From positions 38,205 through 102,204 of the forward strand of contig JACQFN010000005.1 in NCBI GenBank assembly GCA_016200045.1: DNA of 64,000 nucleotides. Direction: 5' to 3'. The stretch's first letter is position 1. Each line of letters begins with the position of its first letter. The DNA is from Nitrososphaerota archaeon (GTDB lineage: Archaea > Thermoproteota > Nitrososphaeria > Nitrososphaerales > Gagatemarchaeaceae). The notes below the pieces were generated by a model, which was not told where the DNA came from, ran no database searches, and saw nothing but the letters and a program-made list of their open reading frames with translations. This document shows, piece by piece, positions 24,819 to 32,837 of this stretch. Position numbers and translations under genes: made by a program.

Positions 24819-26294
24819 TTAGTTAGCGACGTCCAGGGGCTTGAACTTCTCGACGGTCTCCCGCAGCTCTTGTCCGAGGCGCTTCTTCCATGCCTCGAAC
24901 CCTGCCGGGGTCTCGGGGTAGGCCAGGTTGATGTCGACCAGAGAGGCGCTCTTCGCTACTGTGTACCTCAGCCCCCGCGCAAGGGAAAGCTGACTCAGGA
25001 CCCGGAACCAGAGGCCGGGGTTCATCAGACGCGCCCTGTTGAACTGCGGGTGCTTCCGCTCGGTGATCGCAGTGACATCCTCCTCGGAGAGGAAGTGCTT
25101 CATGCCGTAGTTGATCTGCTCGTTCGTGACAGTCTGCAGGTACCTTCGCAGTACCTCGAAGCTCGCCATTGGATACCCGTGGGTGTTCATGTACTCCACG
25201 TTGTACCGCCAGAGCGAGCCTTCTCCCGCGTCCCCTGCCTCGACCGCCTCGGCGACGACCTTCCCGAGAATGGTACCCCCGTAGATCGACGGGCTGATCC
25301 CCCCTGCATCGATCGGGCGCGGCATCCACGCCGAGTCCCCCACCACCGCGAACCCGTTGGCGACCATGCAGTCGTTGTGCCTCCTGACCGGGACCTGCCA
25401 GTTCCACTTCGTGTTCCCCGAGTCGCTGTCAGCATGGGGCTGCTCCGCCTTCTTGATCACAGGGTTGTCTGCCACGTACTTGTCGATCAGGCTCTGGAGG
25501 TTGTCGTTCATCTTGAACCTCCTGTTCCTCCGGTCGAGCCCGGACTTCGAAATGCCGAGACCGATGTTGACCTTCTTCTTTCCCTTCGGGAACACCCATG
25601 CGTACCCGGCTGGCGCGATGAACTGGTCCAGGTGAATGATGCAGTAGTCGGGGTCGAAGTACTCCCTCGAGTCCATCGCGGGTTCGAAGTCCATGATGTA
25701 CCGCCCGGTCCCGACCACGTCGTCCGGGTCGATCTCTTTTTCGATCATCGACGGGATGGGCAGAAACCTCCGCAGGACCGACGAGGAGCCGGTCGCGTCT
25801 ATCACTATCTTGGCTGTGTAGCTGAAGCCGGACCCGTCGGACTTCCTCCCGGAGACCCCGGTGATGTACCCTCCTTCCGAAGTCAGCTTCTCCGCAGTGG
25901 CGCGGAAGAGGAACTCGGTCCCGAACTTCCTCGCGTCGTCCACCTGGCGCCTTGGGGCCAGCTTCCGGTTGAACAGGTATCCCTCTCCCTCGAAGAGGAC
26001 CTTCGTCTTCCTGTCCGGGGAGTAGACGTACACCCCCTTCACCGGGTGCTCCAGCTCCGGAGGGCCGTACCTTATCCCGATGTGCTCCGCGAGGTAGTCG
26101 AGGCTCCGCTTGCTCGTCGCGTCCCCGCAGGTCCAGCCGTTGTGGGTCTTCTTCCCCGGCTCGCTCTCATGGTTCCTGTCGACGACGAGGACCCGGGCCT
26201 TCCCCTTCGAATTGTAACCGATCGACGCGGCCGTGATCAGACCGGCCATCCCCCCTCCGGCGATGACTACGTCGTAGTCAGGGTTCCTCATCAT
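24819..26294 (-). CDS. FAD-dependent oxidoreductase, geranylgeranyl-reductase family (long form)
   Basis: YDVVIAGGGMAGLITAASI dinucleotide-binding motif, internal VIDATGSSS, and GFAVVGDSAWMPRPIDAGGISPS. Confidence 0.7.
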   Translation of the reverse strand: MMRNPDYDVVIAGGGMAGLITAASIGYNSKGKARVLVVDRNHESEPGKKTHNGWTCGDATSKRSLDYLAEHIGIRYGPPELEHPVKGVYVYSPDRKTKVLFEGEGYLFNRKLAPRRQVDDARKFGTEFLFRATAEKLTSEGGYITGVSGRKSDGSGFSYTAKIVIDATGSSSVLRRFLPIPSMIEKEIDPDDVVGTGRYIMDFEPAMDSREYFDPDYCIIHLDQFIAPAGYAWVFPKGKKKVNIGLGISKSGLDRRNRRFKMNDNLQSLIDKYVADNPVIKKAEQPHADSDSGNTKWNWQVPVRRHNDCMVANGFAVVGDSAWMPRPIDAGGISPSIYGGTILGKVVAEAVEAGDAGEGSLWRYNVEYMNTHGYPMASFEVLRRYLQTVTNEQINYGMKHFLSEEDVTAITERKHPQFNRARLMNPGLWFRVLSQLSLARGLRYTVAKSASLVDINLAYPETPAGFEAWKKRLGQELRETVEKFKPLDVAN

Positions 26295-26347
26295 TAGTTC
26301 TGAACGCTACTAAAATCCTATATAAGAGCTTTGCCGCAGGGGCCTCG

Positions 26348-27046
26348 TTGGACAGGAGGAGGCTGGTGGAGGAGCTCGGGCGGATGGGCCTGACGAGCTA
26401 CGAGGCGAAGTGCTATGTCGCGCTCGCGGCGCTCGGCCCCTCGGACCCCAGGACCGTGGCGAGGGAAGCCCGGATCCCGAACCCCAGCTCGTACGAGGCC
26501 CTGAGGAGTCTGGCGGCCATGGGTTGGGCGGACCTGGTGGTGAAGAAGCCGGCGACCTACCGCGCGAAGAAGCCGAAGACGGTGAAGGCGGCCGTCGAGT
26601 CGAGGCTGGAGGAGACCTTCGACTCCCTGGAGAAGCTGTACAGCCCGGAGGCGGCCGAGGAGACCGAGCTGGTCTACACAATCAGGGGGAGGGAGAAGGT
26701 GCTGGGGAAGATCTACGAGATGCTCAGGGGGGCGAGGAGGAGCGTGGTCCTGGCAGCCCCTACAATGGGGCTGGAGGACGCTGGGCTCCTTGAGCTGCTG
26801 CACGGAGCGGTGGAGAGGGGGGTGAAAGTCAGGGCGATCGGGGACGACGGCGCGACCGGGATACTCCCCCCCGGTGCGGAGTCACGGACCTCGAGCCTGG
26901 TCGCGGTAGACCTGCTGGTGGACGACAAGACCGCGATGATTTCGCTCCCGGACTACTCTGCCTGCGGGTGGATAGACAGTCCTGCGGTAGCCGAGCACTT
27001 CAAGCAGTTCCTTGAGCTCATGTGGAACACGTCGTCTGAAGCCTGA
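26348..27046 (+). CDS. trmB: TrmB family transcriptional regulator
   Basis: LGRMGLTSYEAKCYVALAALGPSDPRTVAREARIPNPSSYEALRSLAAMGW is the TrmB wHTH, followed by a C-terminal TrmB-like domain. Confidence 0.8.
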   Translation: MDRRRLVEELGRMGLTSYEAKCYVALAALGPSDPRTVAREARIPNPSSYEALRSLAAMGWADLVVKKPATYRAKKPKTVKAAVESRLEETFDSLEKLYSPEAAEETELVYTIRGREKVLGKIYEMLRGARRSVVLAAPTMGLEDAGLLELLHGAVERGVKVRAIGDDGATGILPPGAESRTSSLVAVDLLVDDKTAMISLPDYSACGWIDSPAVAEHFKQFLELMWNTSSEA

Positions 27047-27097
27047 AGATGACAGAAAGGAGGAGGCCGCCCGGCTTTCGCCGAACAGCCTGTGCTT

Positions 27098-27739
27098 CTA
27101 CTCGCTTGTGAAGATGGACTGGCTCGAAGTGTTCGGGACTTCGGGGAGCGATTCGCTCATCCTCTTCTCGGCGATGGCTGCGGCTTCCGAGAGGATCTTG
27201 TTCGCCTCTTCGCTGTTCTCGGCCTGGTAGAAGGTCGCGCCCGTTATCTGGCCGACGTCCCCCATTATCGAGGTCAGTTGTGCGCCGATCTCTCCCAGTG
27301 CGCCCTGCGCATCAGGCATCGCTTCGCCAAGAGTCGTCCTGACGTTCCTAATCACCCCGATTGCCGGGGCGAGCGTAGCCGCGAAGTCCCCGATGTCGGT
27401 GACCGTCTGTAGGCGAGTCGTGATCTGCTCTAGGGCGATCTTCGACTGCATGACGATCTTCTGCATCTTTCGGACTTCGGCGAGCTCGTTGGAGTACGCC
27501 TTGGATGTCTCCTGGTCGTGAGCCTGTACGGCGGCCACCGTCTTCTTGAAGATGGAGCTTTCGCGCTGCTTCAGCCTGTTCATGGCCTGGTCCAGACGGT
27601 TGACCTCCCCAGTGAGCTGCTGGGTGGCCTTCTGGATTTGCGGCCTCATAGGCTGGGGACCGCGAATGGTTTCGCGGGTCCTCTTCCCGAAGCTCTCTTT
27701 CTCCTGAGCCTTCCATCCCTTTTCGAACTTGGTGCTCAA
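27098..27739 (-). CDS. ESCRT-III / Snf7 (CdvB)-like protein
   Basis: 213 aa, all-helical. Basic N-terminal half and acidic C-terminal half. IQKATQQLTGEVNRLDQAMNRLKQRESSIFKKTVAAVQAHDQETSKAYSNELAEVRKMQKIV...ALEQITTRLQTV... follows the Snf7 heptad pattern. Confidence 0.5.
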   Translation of the reverse strand: MSTKFEKGWKAQEKESFGKRTRETIRGPQPMRPQIQKATQQLTGEVNRLDQAMNRLKQRESSIFKKTVAAVQAHDQETSKAYSNELAEVRKMQKIVMQSKIALEQITTRLQTVTDIGDFAATLAPAIGVIRNVRTTLGEAMPDAQGALGEIGAQLTSIMGDVGQITGATFYQAENSEEANKILSEAAAIAEKRMSESLPEVPNTSSQSIFTSE

Positions 27740-27846
27740 CGTGATATCCGACGATGATATCGGCCGAAGCGAACATACCCGACGCTGACAAGAACACTTG
27801 ATGTGCTGGTGAAAGATGCTTCACAATCGCCCGTCCGCAGAAGGCC

Positions 27847-28236
27847 CTATTCGAGCTTCATTCTCTTTGCGAGTTTGACAATCAGGAAGATGACGAAGGC
27901 CACTATGGCGAAGGTCAGGACGGCATTGAGGAAGTCACCGACCCCGAAGGTCTGTCCTGCGAACAGCACCTCTAGCATGGTCAGGTCGGTCCCCGGGCCC
28001 AGCGCGATGCCGATGACGGGGAGGATGAGGTCTTTCACCAGTGCCTGGACAAGCGCGCCGAGGTACAGGCCGAGGATGAAGGCGACCGCGAGTCCCAAGA
28101 CCTTGTACTGGGAGAGGAATGCCTTGAACTCTGCCACCATTCCTTTCGGTGGTTTTGCCGGCGGCGCGGGAGGGGCGGGGGTGAGAAGCTCTCTAATCTT
28201 TCGTAGTTCGGCCAACATCTCGTCGTCGGCTGACAC
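27847..28236 (-). CDS. mscL: large-conductance mechanosensitive channel
   Basis: FKAFLSQYKVLGLAVAFILGLYLGALVQALVKDLILPVIG...FLNAVLTFAIVAFVIFLIVK. GTG start. Confidence 0.8.
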   Translation of the reverse strand: MSADDEMLAELRKIRELLTPAPPAPPAKPPKGMVAEFKAFLSQYKVLGLAVAFILGLYLGALVQALVKDLILPVIGIALGPGTDLTMLEVLFAGQTFGVGDFLNAVLTFAIVAFVIFLIVKLAKRMKLE

Positions 28237-28353
28237 AGCGACTGTTGCCGTCTATCCGACTTAAGACTTCATGGCCGTTCCCTCGAGGCGACTTCATCAG
28301 CCCCAAACGCCCCAATTCCAGCCTATATTGACAATCCGAGTTCGAAATGACCT

Positions 28354-29472
28354 CTAACGGTCAAATTCTACAGGCCACAGATTTTCAGACCAATAGATGA
28401 CTGGGATGTCGGCGACGTGCGCGTTCCTGAGTATGTGAGGGAGGACCCTCAGGTTCTTCAGGCTCGGCGTAGAAATCTTCAGCCTATAGGGCCTCGGCGA
28501 CCCGTCGCTCACGATGTGGTAGCTCATGTCCCCCCTCGCAGCCTCCGTCCGGGAGAAGACCTCCCCCGCGGGGACCCTGGGCTGAGGGCCGAGCTTCAGG
28601 CGGACCGGGCCCTGCGGTATCTGCTTTAACGCCTGCCTGATTATCTTCACCGACTCCCTCATCTCGAGGAAGGCGACGTAGGCGCGGGACCAGGAGTCCC
28701 CCGCGTCGAGGGTGGAGACCGAGAAGTCGAGTTCCGGGTATGCGCAGTACGGCTCGTCCTTCCTCAGGTCGTGCTTGACTCCTGAAGCTCTAAGGACCGT
28801 TCCCGTGGCCCCCAGGCGTATGGCGTCCTCCTTCGTAAGGACCCCTACACCTTCTGTCCGCTGGAGGAATATCGGGTTCCTCAGGAAGATCTTGTCGTAT
28901 TCGTCGAGGCGCTTTTCGAACCAGTCGCAGGTCTTCAGCCCCTTCTCCACCGCGAATGAGGGCATGTCGTTCCTCACCCCTCCGGGGATGATGTAGGCGA
29001 AGGTCACCCTCGCCCCCCCGATCCTTTCGGCGAAGTCGATCCAGTAGTCCCTGTCCCCCATCATCCACTCGATGATGGTCGAGTGGCCCACGAATATCCC
29101 GAGTATCCCCAGGAAGTACATGTGGGAGATTATCCGGTTCGCCTCGGACATTATCGTGCGGAGGTACTGAGCCCTGGGCGGGATTGCGCTGTTCATCAGT
29201 TCGTCGACCCCGAGCGCGTACGGTAGCAGGATGTTGGAGCTGTCTAGGATGACGGGGCGCTCAAGGTGCGGGACGTTCTGGATGTAGTTGCGGTATTCCC
29301 CCATCTTCTCCTCACCGCGGTGGACATAGCCAGGGTCGGGCTCGGAGCGGACGAGGTAGTCTCCGTCGAGCCAGAGCTTGATGCGGAAGTGGCCTGCCCC
29401 CGGGTGCTGCGGGCCGAGGGACACCGCCATCACCCTGTCTGCGTCTGGCACGAACTCGGACTCGGTGGTCAT
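28354..29472 (-). CDS. nuoD: NADH-quinone oxidoreductase subunit D (49-kDa subunit)
   Basis: SLGPQHPGAGHFRIKLWLDGDYLV...PGYVHRGEEKMGE. Start set to ATG 29472, immediately after the nuoC stop. The longer ORF prefix is S/T/R-rich junk. Confidence 0.9.
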   Translation of the reverse strand: MTTESEFVPDADRVMAVSLGPQHPGAGHFRIKLWLDGDYLVRSEPDPGYVHRGEEKMGEYRNYIQNVPHLERPVILDSSNILLPYALGVDELMNSAIPPRAQYLRTIMSEANRIISHMYFLGILGIFVGHSTIIEWMMGDRDYWIDFAERIGGARVTFAYIIPGGVRNDMPSFAVEKGLKTCDWFEKRLDEYDKIFLRNPIFLQRTEGVGVLTKEDAIRLGATGTVLRASGVKHDLRKDEPYCAYPELDFSVSTLDAGDSWSRAYVAFLEMRESVKIIRQALKQIPQGPVRLKLGPQPRVPAGEVFSRTEAARGDMSYHIVSDGSPRPYRLKISTPSLKNLRVLPHILRNAHVADIPVIYWSENLWPVEFDR

Positions 29473-29473
29473 C

Positions 29474-30025
29474 TCATCGCCCCGGGGAGACGTAGTCCTT
29501 GCGGAGCGGGGGGATGTCGTTCCAGTCCTCGGGGAGGAAGAGGTGAGACTGGTTCGGGTGACCCTGGAAGTTGATCCCGAACATTTCGTGGGTCTCCCGC
29601 TCGTTGTAGTCGGCCGCGAGCCAGACGTCGATGAGCGTTGGAGCGACCGGGTCGTCTCGCGGGATCCGTTCCGCCATCGCAAGGATGAAGTCTTCGAGCC
29701 CTGGCTTCGAGGCGGAGCCGACGAAGTAGATTATCTCGAACTCGTTCTTCCCGATCCAGTCGACGGCGCTGACCGTGTCCAGATGGTCGAACCCGAGTTC
29801 GTCCCTGACGAAGGTCCCGAGGTCCTTGACCTTCGAGGAAGGGGCGGTGACCTTGAGGCGACGCTCGCGCATGTAGTCGACCTTGACTTCCGGGAACTTC
29901 GAGGCGATCTTCGCTGCCAGCTCCTTTGCGCGGACCGGCTCAGCCTTCGGCGCGGGTGTGGCCGGTGGGGAGGCGGGAGGATTAGGCTGCGGCGCCGCTG
30001 CGGCCGGCTGCTTGGTCCCGCTCAT
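29474..30025 (-). CDS. nuoC: NADH-quinone oxidoreductase subunit C (30-kDa subunit)
   Basis: FDHLDTVSAVDW...EFEIIYFVGS...ERETHEMFGINFQGHPN. Its ATG overlaps the stop of the upstream DCC gene (ATGA). Confidence 0.85.
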   Translation of the reverse strand: MSGTKQPAAAAPQPNPPASPPATPAPKAEPVRAKELAAKIASKFPEVKVDYMRERRLKVTAPSSKVKDLGTFVRDELGFDHLDTVSAVDWIGKNEFEIIYFVGSASKPGLEDFILAMAERIPRDDPVAPTLIDVWLAADYNERETHEMFGINFQGHPNQSHLFLPEDWNDIPPLRKDYVSPGR

Positions 30026-30435
30026 GTAGACGACCACGCCGCGTACATCCCGGAAGGTTCCGCGCCTTTGGCGTCGCCAAGCCCGCAGGAATATCCGTGC
30101 AGCCGGGAGGCGATGCCGTAGGTCCAGCGCGCCAGGGCCATCCCGAAGGGGGCGCTCCTGAAGAGTGCCGCCGGGACGCGGCCCGCGGGAAGAAGTGAAA
30201 GGAGGTCAACCATCGCGTCTCCCCCGCTGGAGACCCTCCCGTCTGCCCCGACCATGTGCGAGCAAGAGAACCGGATGGAGGGAGGGATTCCGTCGAGCAG
30301 CCCCTGTAGTGCCGCGTCGGCTAGGGGGACGAACTCGACCCTGTGAGATGCGTCGAAGAACTCCACGGCCCGTTTCAGCCTGGTGCAGATTCCGCAGTCG
30401 GAGTCGTAGAGAAAGAGAGGCTTCCTTGGGTCCAT
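30022..30435 (-). CDS. DCC-family (DUF393) thiol-disulfide oxidoreductase
   Basis: LFLYDSDCGICTRLKRAVEFFD is the DxxCxxC motif of the DCC1-like family. The gene is embedded between nuoB and nuoC. Confidence 0.65.
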   Translation of the reverse strand: MDPRKPLFLYDSDCGICTRLKRAVEFFDASHRVEFVPLADAALQGLLDGIPPSIRFSCSHMVGADGRVSSGGDAMVDLLSLLPAGRVPAALFRSAPFGMALARWTYGIASRLHGYSCGLGDAKGAEPSGMYAAWSST

Positions 30436-30441
30436 CGGAAT

Positions 30442-32097
30442 TCAAACCCCGCTGAGGCTCGGCGATCTTCGGATCTTTTCCTGGAGGAGGACTATCCCCT
30501 GGAGGAGGGCCTCGGCGCGCGGTGGGCAGCCGGGTACGTAGACGTCGACAGGGATCACGTCGTCGATCCCTCTCAGGACGTTGTAGGAGTCGAAGTAGAG
30601 GCCGCCGGTGATCGCGCAGGCGCCCATTGCAATTACATATTTTGGTTCGGCCATCTGGTCGTAGATCAGTTTCAGCCTCGGGGCTAGCTTGCGGGTGACG
30701 GTCCCCATGACTATGAGGAGGTCGCACTGGCGGAGGGAACCGAAGGCCTCGAGGGCGCCGAACCTTTCGAAGTCGAAACGGGCTCCTGCCGCTGCCCCGA
30801 CTTCAACAGAACAGTTGTGGACGACGGCGTTGGAGACCAGGTAGGTGTTGTCAGATGTTTCGAGGTTCATAACGTTCCCGGAGTAGTCGACCGCTGCAAT
30901 CTCCCTTATCGGTACGGCTATGTAGTCGGGCATGACTTTGAAGTCCGAAATCTTCCCTTCGGATTCCATCACCGAAACGTCGTACGCATCATGGGTGCGC
31001 ACCGTCCTCCCCAGTGTCTTCGAGACCCCTCCTTTGCGTCCTTCTTTGATGTGTGCGAACTGTCCCAGCCTGGCGTACGCGAGCTGAAGCTGAAGGGCGA
31101 GCACCTTCGACGTCGTGACGGCCCTTTGGTGAACCGGGCCCCTGAGGTCGATCGCCTTGTTGCCATCGCCTTCCAGATATCCCCTGATGAACGCCTTCAA
31201 GATCTCCAGGTCCTTGTGATAGAGTATGAAGTCGGGGATACGCTTCCCCTCTGCGAGGTGGCCGCACCACTCCCTCATGGCCCTCGCGAGAATGCTCGAG
31301 GAGAACCTCACCACCAGGGACGTCTCCCTTTCCCTGACGTGCGGGTGGTAGCCGAGTGACTCAATTGTCGATTTGACCCGGCCGGCCAAGGCGTCCTCGT
31401 CGTGACCTAAGGCGAAAGAGACATCGTGGTTCTCCGTGGACCAGCCCTTGGCAGTGTAGAGTCCCAGCATCCACGCAGTCTCGCCGTTGACCGGAAACTG
31501 TACCGGCGGGTTTTCCCCTCGTCCTCTGACGATGTTCAGTCCTCGGGCCTTCGCAAAGGGTTTGAGGTCCAACGCCGTCACGTCAATCGACCCTTTCACT
31601 CGCGGTAACAGCAGGCAGTCGTGCCTACCGGACGGGTACGTGAATCGCCCGTTGACCTTGACCGGGGGCGACTCGGTCAAGTCCCCTGCCTCCTTCCAGA
31701 GTGTCGCGCCTGAATACGATCCCTTGCCGCCGCTCATCCTTCGCTCAACCGTCAGGATAGGGTGTTCGGGCGTCACCGAAAATGGGAGCATCCCCCTTCC
31801 TTTGATCCGTATCAGCTGGCCACTGAACTCCCGGTCGAAGGTCTGCGTCACGTTGACCAGGCCGCCAGCCCCTGTAACCTCGTCCCCGATTCTGTAGTCG
31901 GCGATAGGCTTGTTGTCCCCAGGGATTACCGTGTCCGGTGGGACGCAACACGCCGTCTCCAGGTGGACAGGCCAGAGCGAGTAGAGCCGCCCCCAGTTGG
32001 CGAGGTAGCGGAGCGGGTCCCCGATGGCGTACTGGAGGATGTCGTCGACTTTGCCTACAAGGACCTGGAAGGCTCCGGTCTTCTGGACGGCTACCAC
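30442..32097 (-). CDS. nuoB: NADH-quinone oxidoreductase subunit B (PSST / 20-kDa) interrupted by an intein
   Basis: The exteins give SLWPVHLETAC|CSVEVGAA..., MGACAITGG and VPGCPPR, which are the four Cys ligands of cluster N2. The 551-aa precursor becomes 173 aa after removal of the insert. Confidence 0.9.
   Translation of the reverse strand: MVAVQKTGAFQVLVGKVDDILQYAIGDPLRYLANWGRLYSLWPVHLETACCVPPDTVIPGDNKPIADYRIGDEVTGAGGLVNVTQTFDREFSGQLIRIKGRGMLPFSVTPEHPILTVERRMSGGKGSYSGATLWKEAGDLTESPPVKVNGRFTYPSGRHDCLLLPRVKGSIDVTALDLKPFAKARGLNIVRGRGENPPVQFPVNGETAWMLGLYTAKGWSTENHDVSFALGHDEDALAGRVKSTIESLGYHPHVRERETSLVVRFSSSILARAMREWCGHLAEGKRIPDFILYHKDLEILKAFIRGYLEGDGNKAIDLRGPVHQRAVTTSKVLALQLQLAYARLGQFAHIKEGRKGGVSKTLGRTVRTHDAYDVSVMESEGKISDFKVMPDYIAVPIREIAAVDYSGNVMNLETSDNTYLVSNAVVHNCSVEVGAAAGARFDFERFGALEAFGSLRQCDLLIVMGTVTRKLAPRLKLIYDQMAEPKYVIAMGACAITGGLYFDSYNVLRGIDDVIPVDVYVPGCPPRAEALLQGIVLLQEKIRRSPSLSGV
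30814..31947 (-). mobile_element. intein (378 aa) with LAGLIDADG homing-endonuclease domain inside nuoB
   Basis: Starts CVPPDTVIPGD (block A Cys1). Has TPEHPIL (block B TxxH) and the DOD motifs WMLGLYTAKGWS and FIRGYLEGDGNK. Ends NVMNLETSDNTYLVSNAVVHN, followed by the +1 Cys. Confidence 0.85.
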
Positions 32098-32459
32098 AGC
32101 TCCCGCCTACCTGCGAGGGAGAGGGCGAACCCCATCGGGATGAAGAGCATTCCCATGAAAATCGTGAGCATCCAGTCGGAGGAGAGGCCGAGGCCGAGGG
32201 GCTGGTAGGCCGCTGCCCAGGCGTAGAGGAACATCGCAAGGACGTCGAAGACTATGAACATCAGGAGATATGCGTAGTACTGCATCATGTAGTGCATCTT
32301 GCCCGCCCCGACAGGGACCTGGCCGCACTCGAAGGGGGCGTTCTTTACCGGGTTCGGCCTGTTGGGACCGAAGAGCTTCGGGAGCAGGACGACCGGGAGG
32401 GTGAACACCACCCCGACGAGGCCCATCACGAAGACCGAGCCGATGTCCCCGAAGAGCAT
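32091..32459 (-). CDS. nuoA: NADH-quinone oxidoreductase subunit A
   Basis: Three TM helices and NAPFECGQVPVG. Start set to ATG 32459, with a TATA box 28 nt upstream. The ORF prefix up to 32624 is not NuoA-like. Confidence 0.85.
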   Translation of the reverse strand: MLFGDIGSVFVMGLVGVVFTLPVVLLPKLFGPNRPNPVKNAPFECGQVPVGAGKMHYMMQYYAYLLMFIVFDVLAMFLYAWAAAYQPLGLGLSSDWMLTIFMGMLFIPMGFALSLAGRRELW

Positions 32460-32483
32460 TACATGCTTCGCGAGCACTTTATG

Positions 32484-32491
32484 ATATTTAA
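32484..32491 (-). promoter_or_regulatory. TATA box (TTAAATAT on the minus strand) of the nuoA-D operon
   Basis: Centre lies about 28 nt upstream of the nuoA ATG, consistent with a leaderless transcript. Confidence 0.45.
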
Positions 32492-32645
32492 GATTGGCGA
32501 CGATGTAAGGAGGAGTCTGAAGAGATGAGGCCTGTCCTTCGTTACAGGCGGGAGGGGAAATTGCCTGCGGAAGGACTTCGCTGGGGACTTCGACGGTGAC
32601 GGCTACTTCTGTCTCTGTCTGCACCTCGGGAACCTGGCGGTTCGG

Positions 32646-32801
32646 ATGAAGGTCTACGAGCCCATCCAGCAGGTCTGGGTGACCGTCGGGTCGCTGAATT
32701 GGGAGAACGGCTCGTTCGTAGTTTACGACCTTATCGTGGACAGCCTGACTGCGAACGGCTACATTGTGAACTGGGTACTCGTGGACGTCAAGATCGGGTA
32801 G
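32646..32801 (+). CDS. possible small ORF (51 aa), below the track cutoff
   Basis: MKVYEPIQQVWVTVGSLNWENGSFVVYDLIVDSLTANGYIVNWVLVDVKIG. Third positions are strongly G/C-biased. No family recognised. Confidence 0.3.
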   Translation: MKVYEPIQQVWVTVGSLNWENGSFVVYDLIVDSLTANGYIVNWVLVDVKIG

Positions 32802-32837
32802 CGGAAAGAAGGAATTCTGCCTCGGGCTGCCTGTGAC

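Noticed and set aside
21177-24824. Interpreting the 10-bp repeat TTATTTAGTT strictly as a target-site duplication of a mobile element
   Set aside because: Its reverse complement matches the recurrent local TATA-box consensus (AACTAAATA). The left copy is positioned as a promoter, and no integrase or transposase is present. It is kept only as a caveated observation in the findings.
24870-26297. 475-aa plus-strand ORF covering the geranylgeranyl-reductase-family gene
   Set aside because: It is exactly antisense to a gene with a clear FAD-binding motif. Its composition is dominated by R, P, V, L and D runs and I saw no domain signature.
27098-27739. Alternative reading of the ESCRT-III-like protein as a generic coiled-coil or PspA
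   Set aside because: This is not fully rejected. The N-basic/C-acidic polarity and motif spacing fit Snf7 better than PspA by eye. However, PspA/Vipp1 belongs to the same superfamily, so the call is left at moderate confidence.
29473-29682. 70-aa N-terminal extension of the nuoD ORF
   Set aside because: The extension is S/T/R-rich junk that lies entirely within nuoC coding sequence. The conserved NuoD N-terminus begins at ATG 29472, directly after the nuoC stop.
32460-32624. 55-aa N-terminal extension of the nuoA ORF
   Set aside because: It is not NuoA-like. A TATA box at 32484-32491 lies inside it at the correct distance for ATG 32459.
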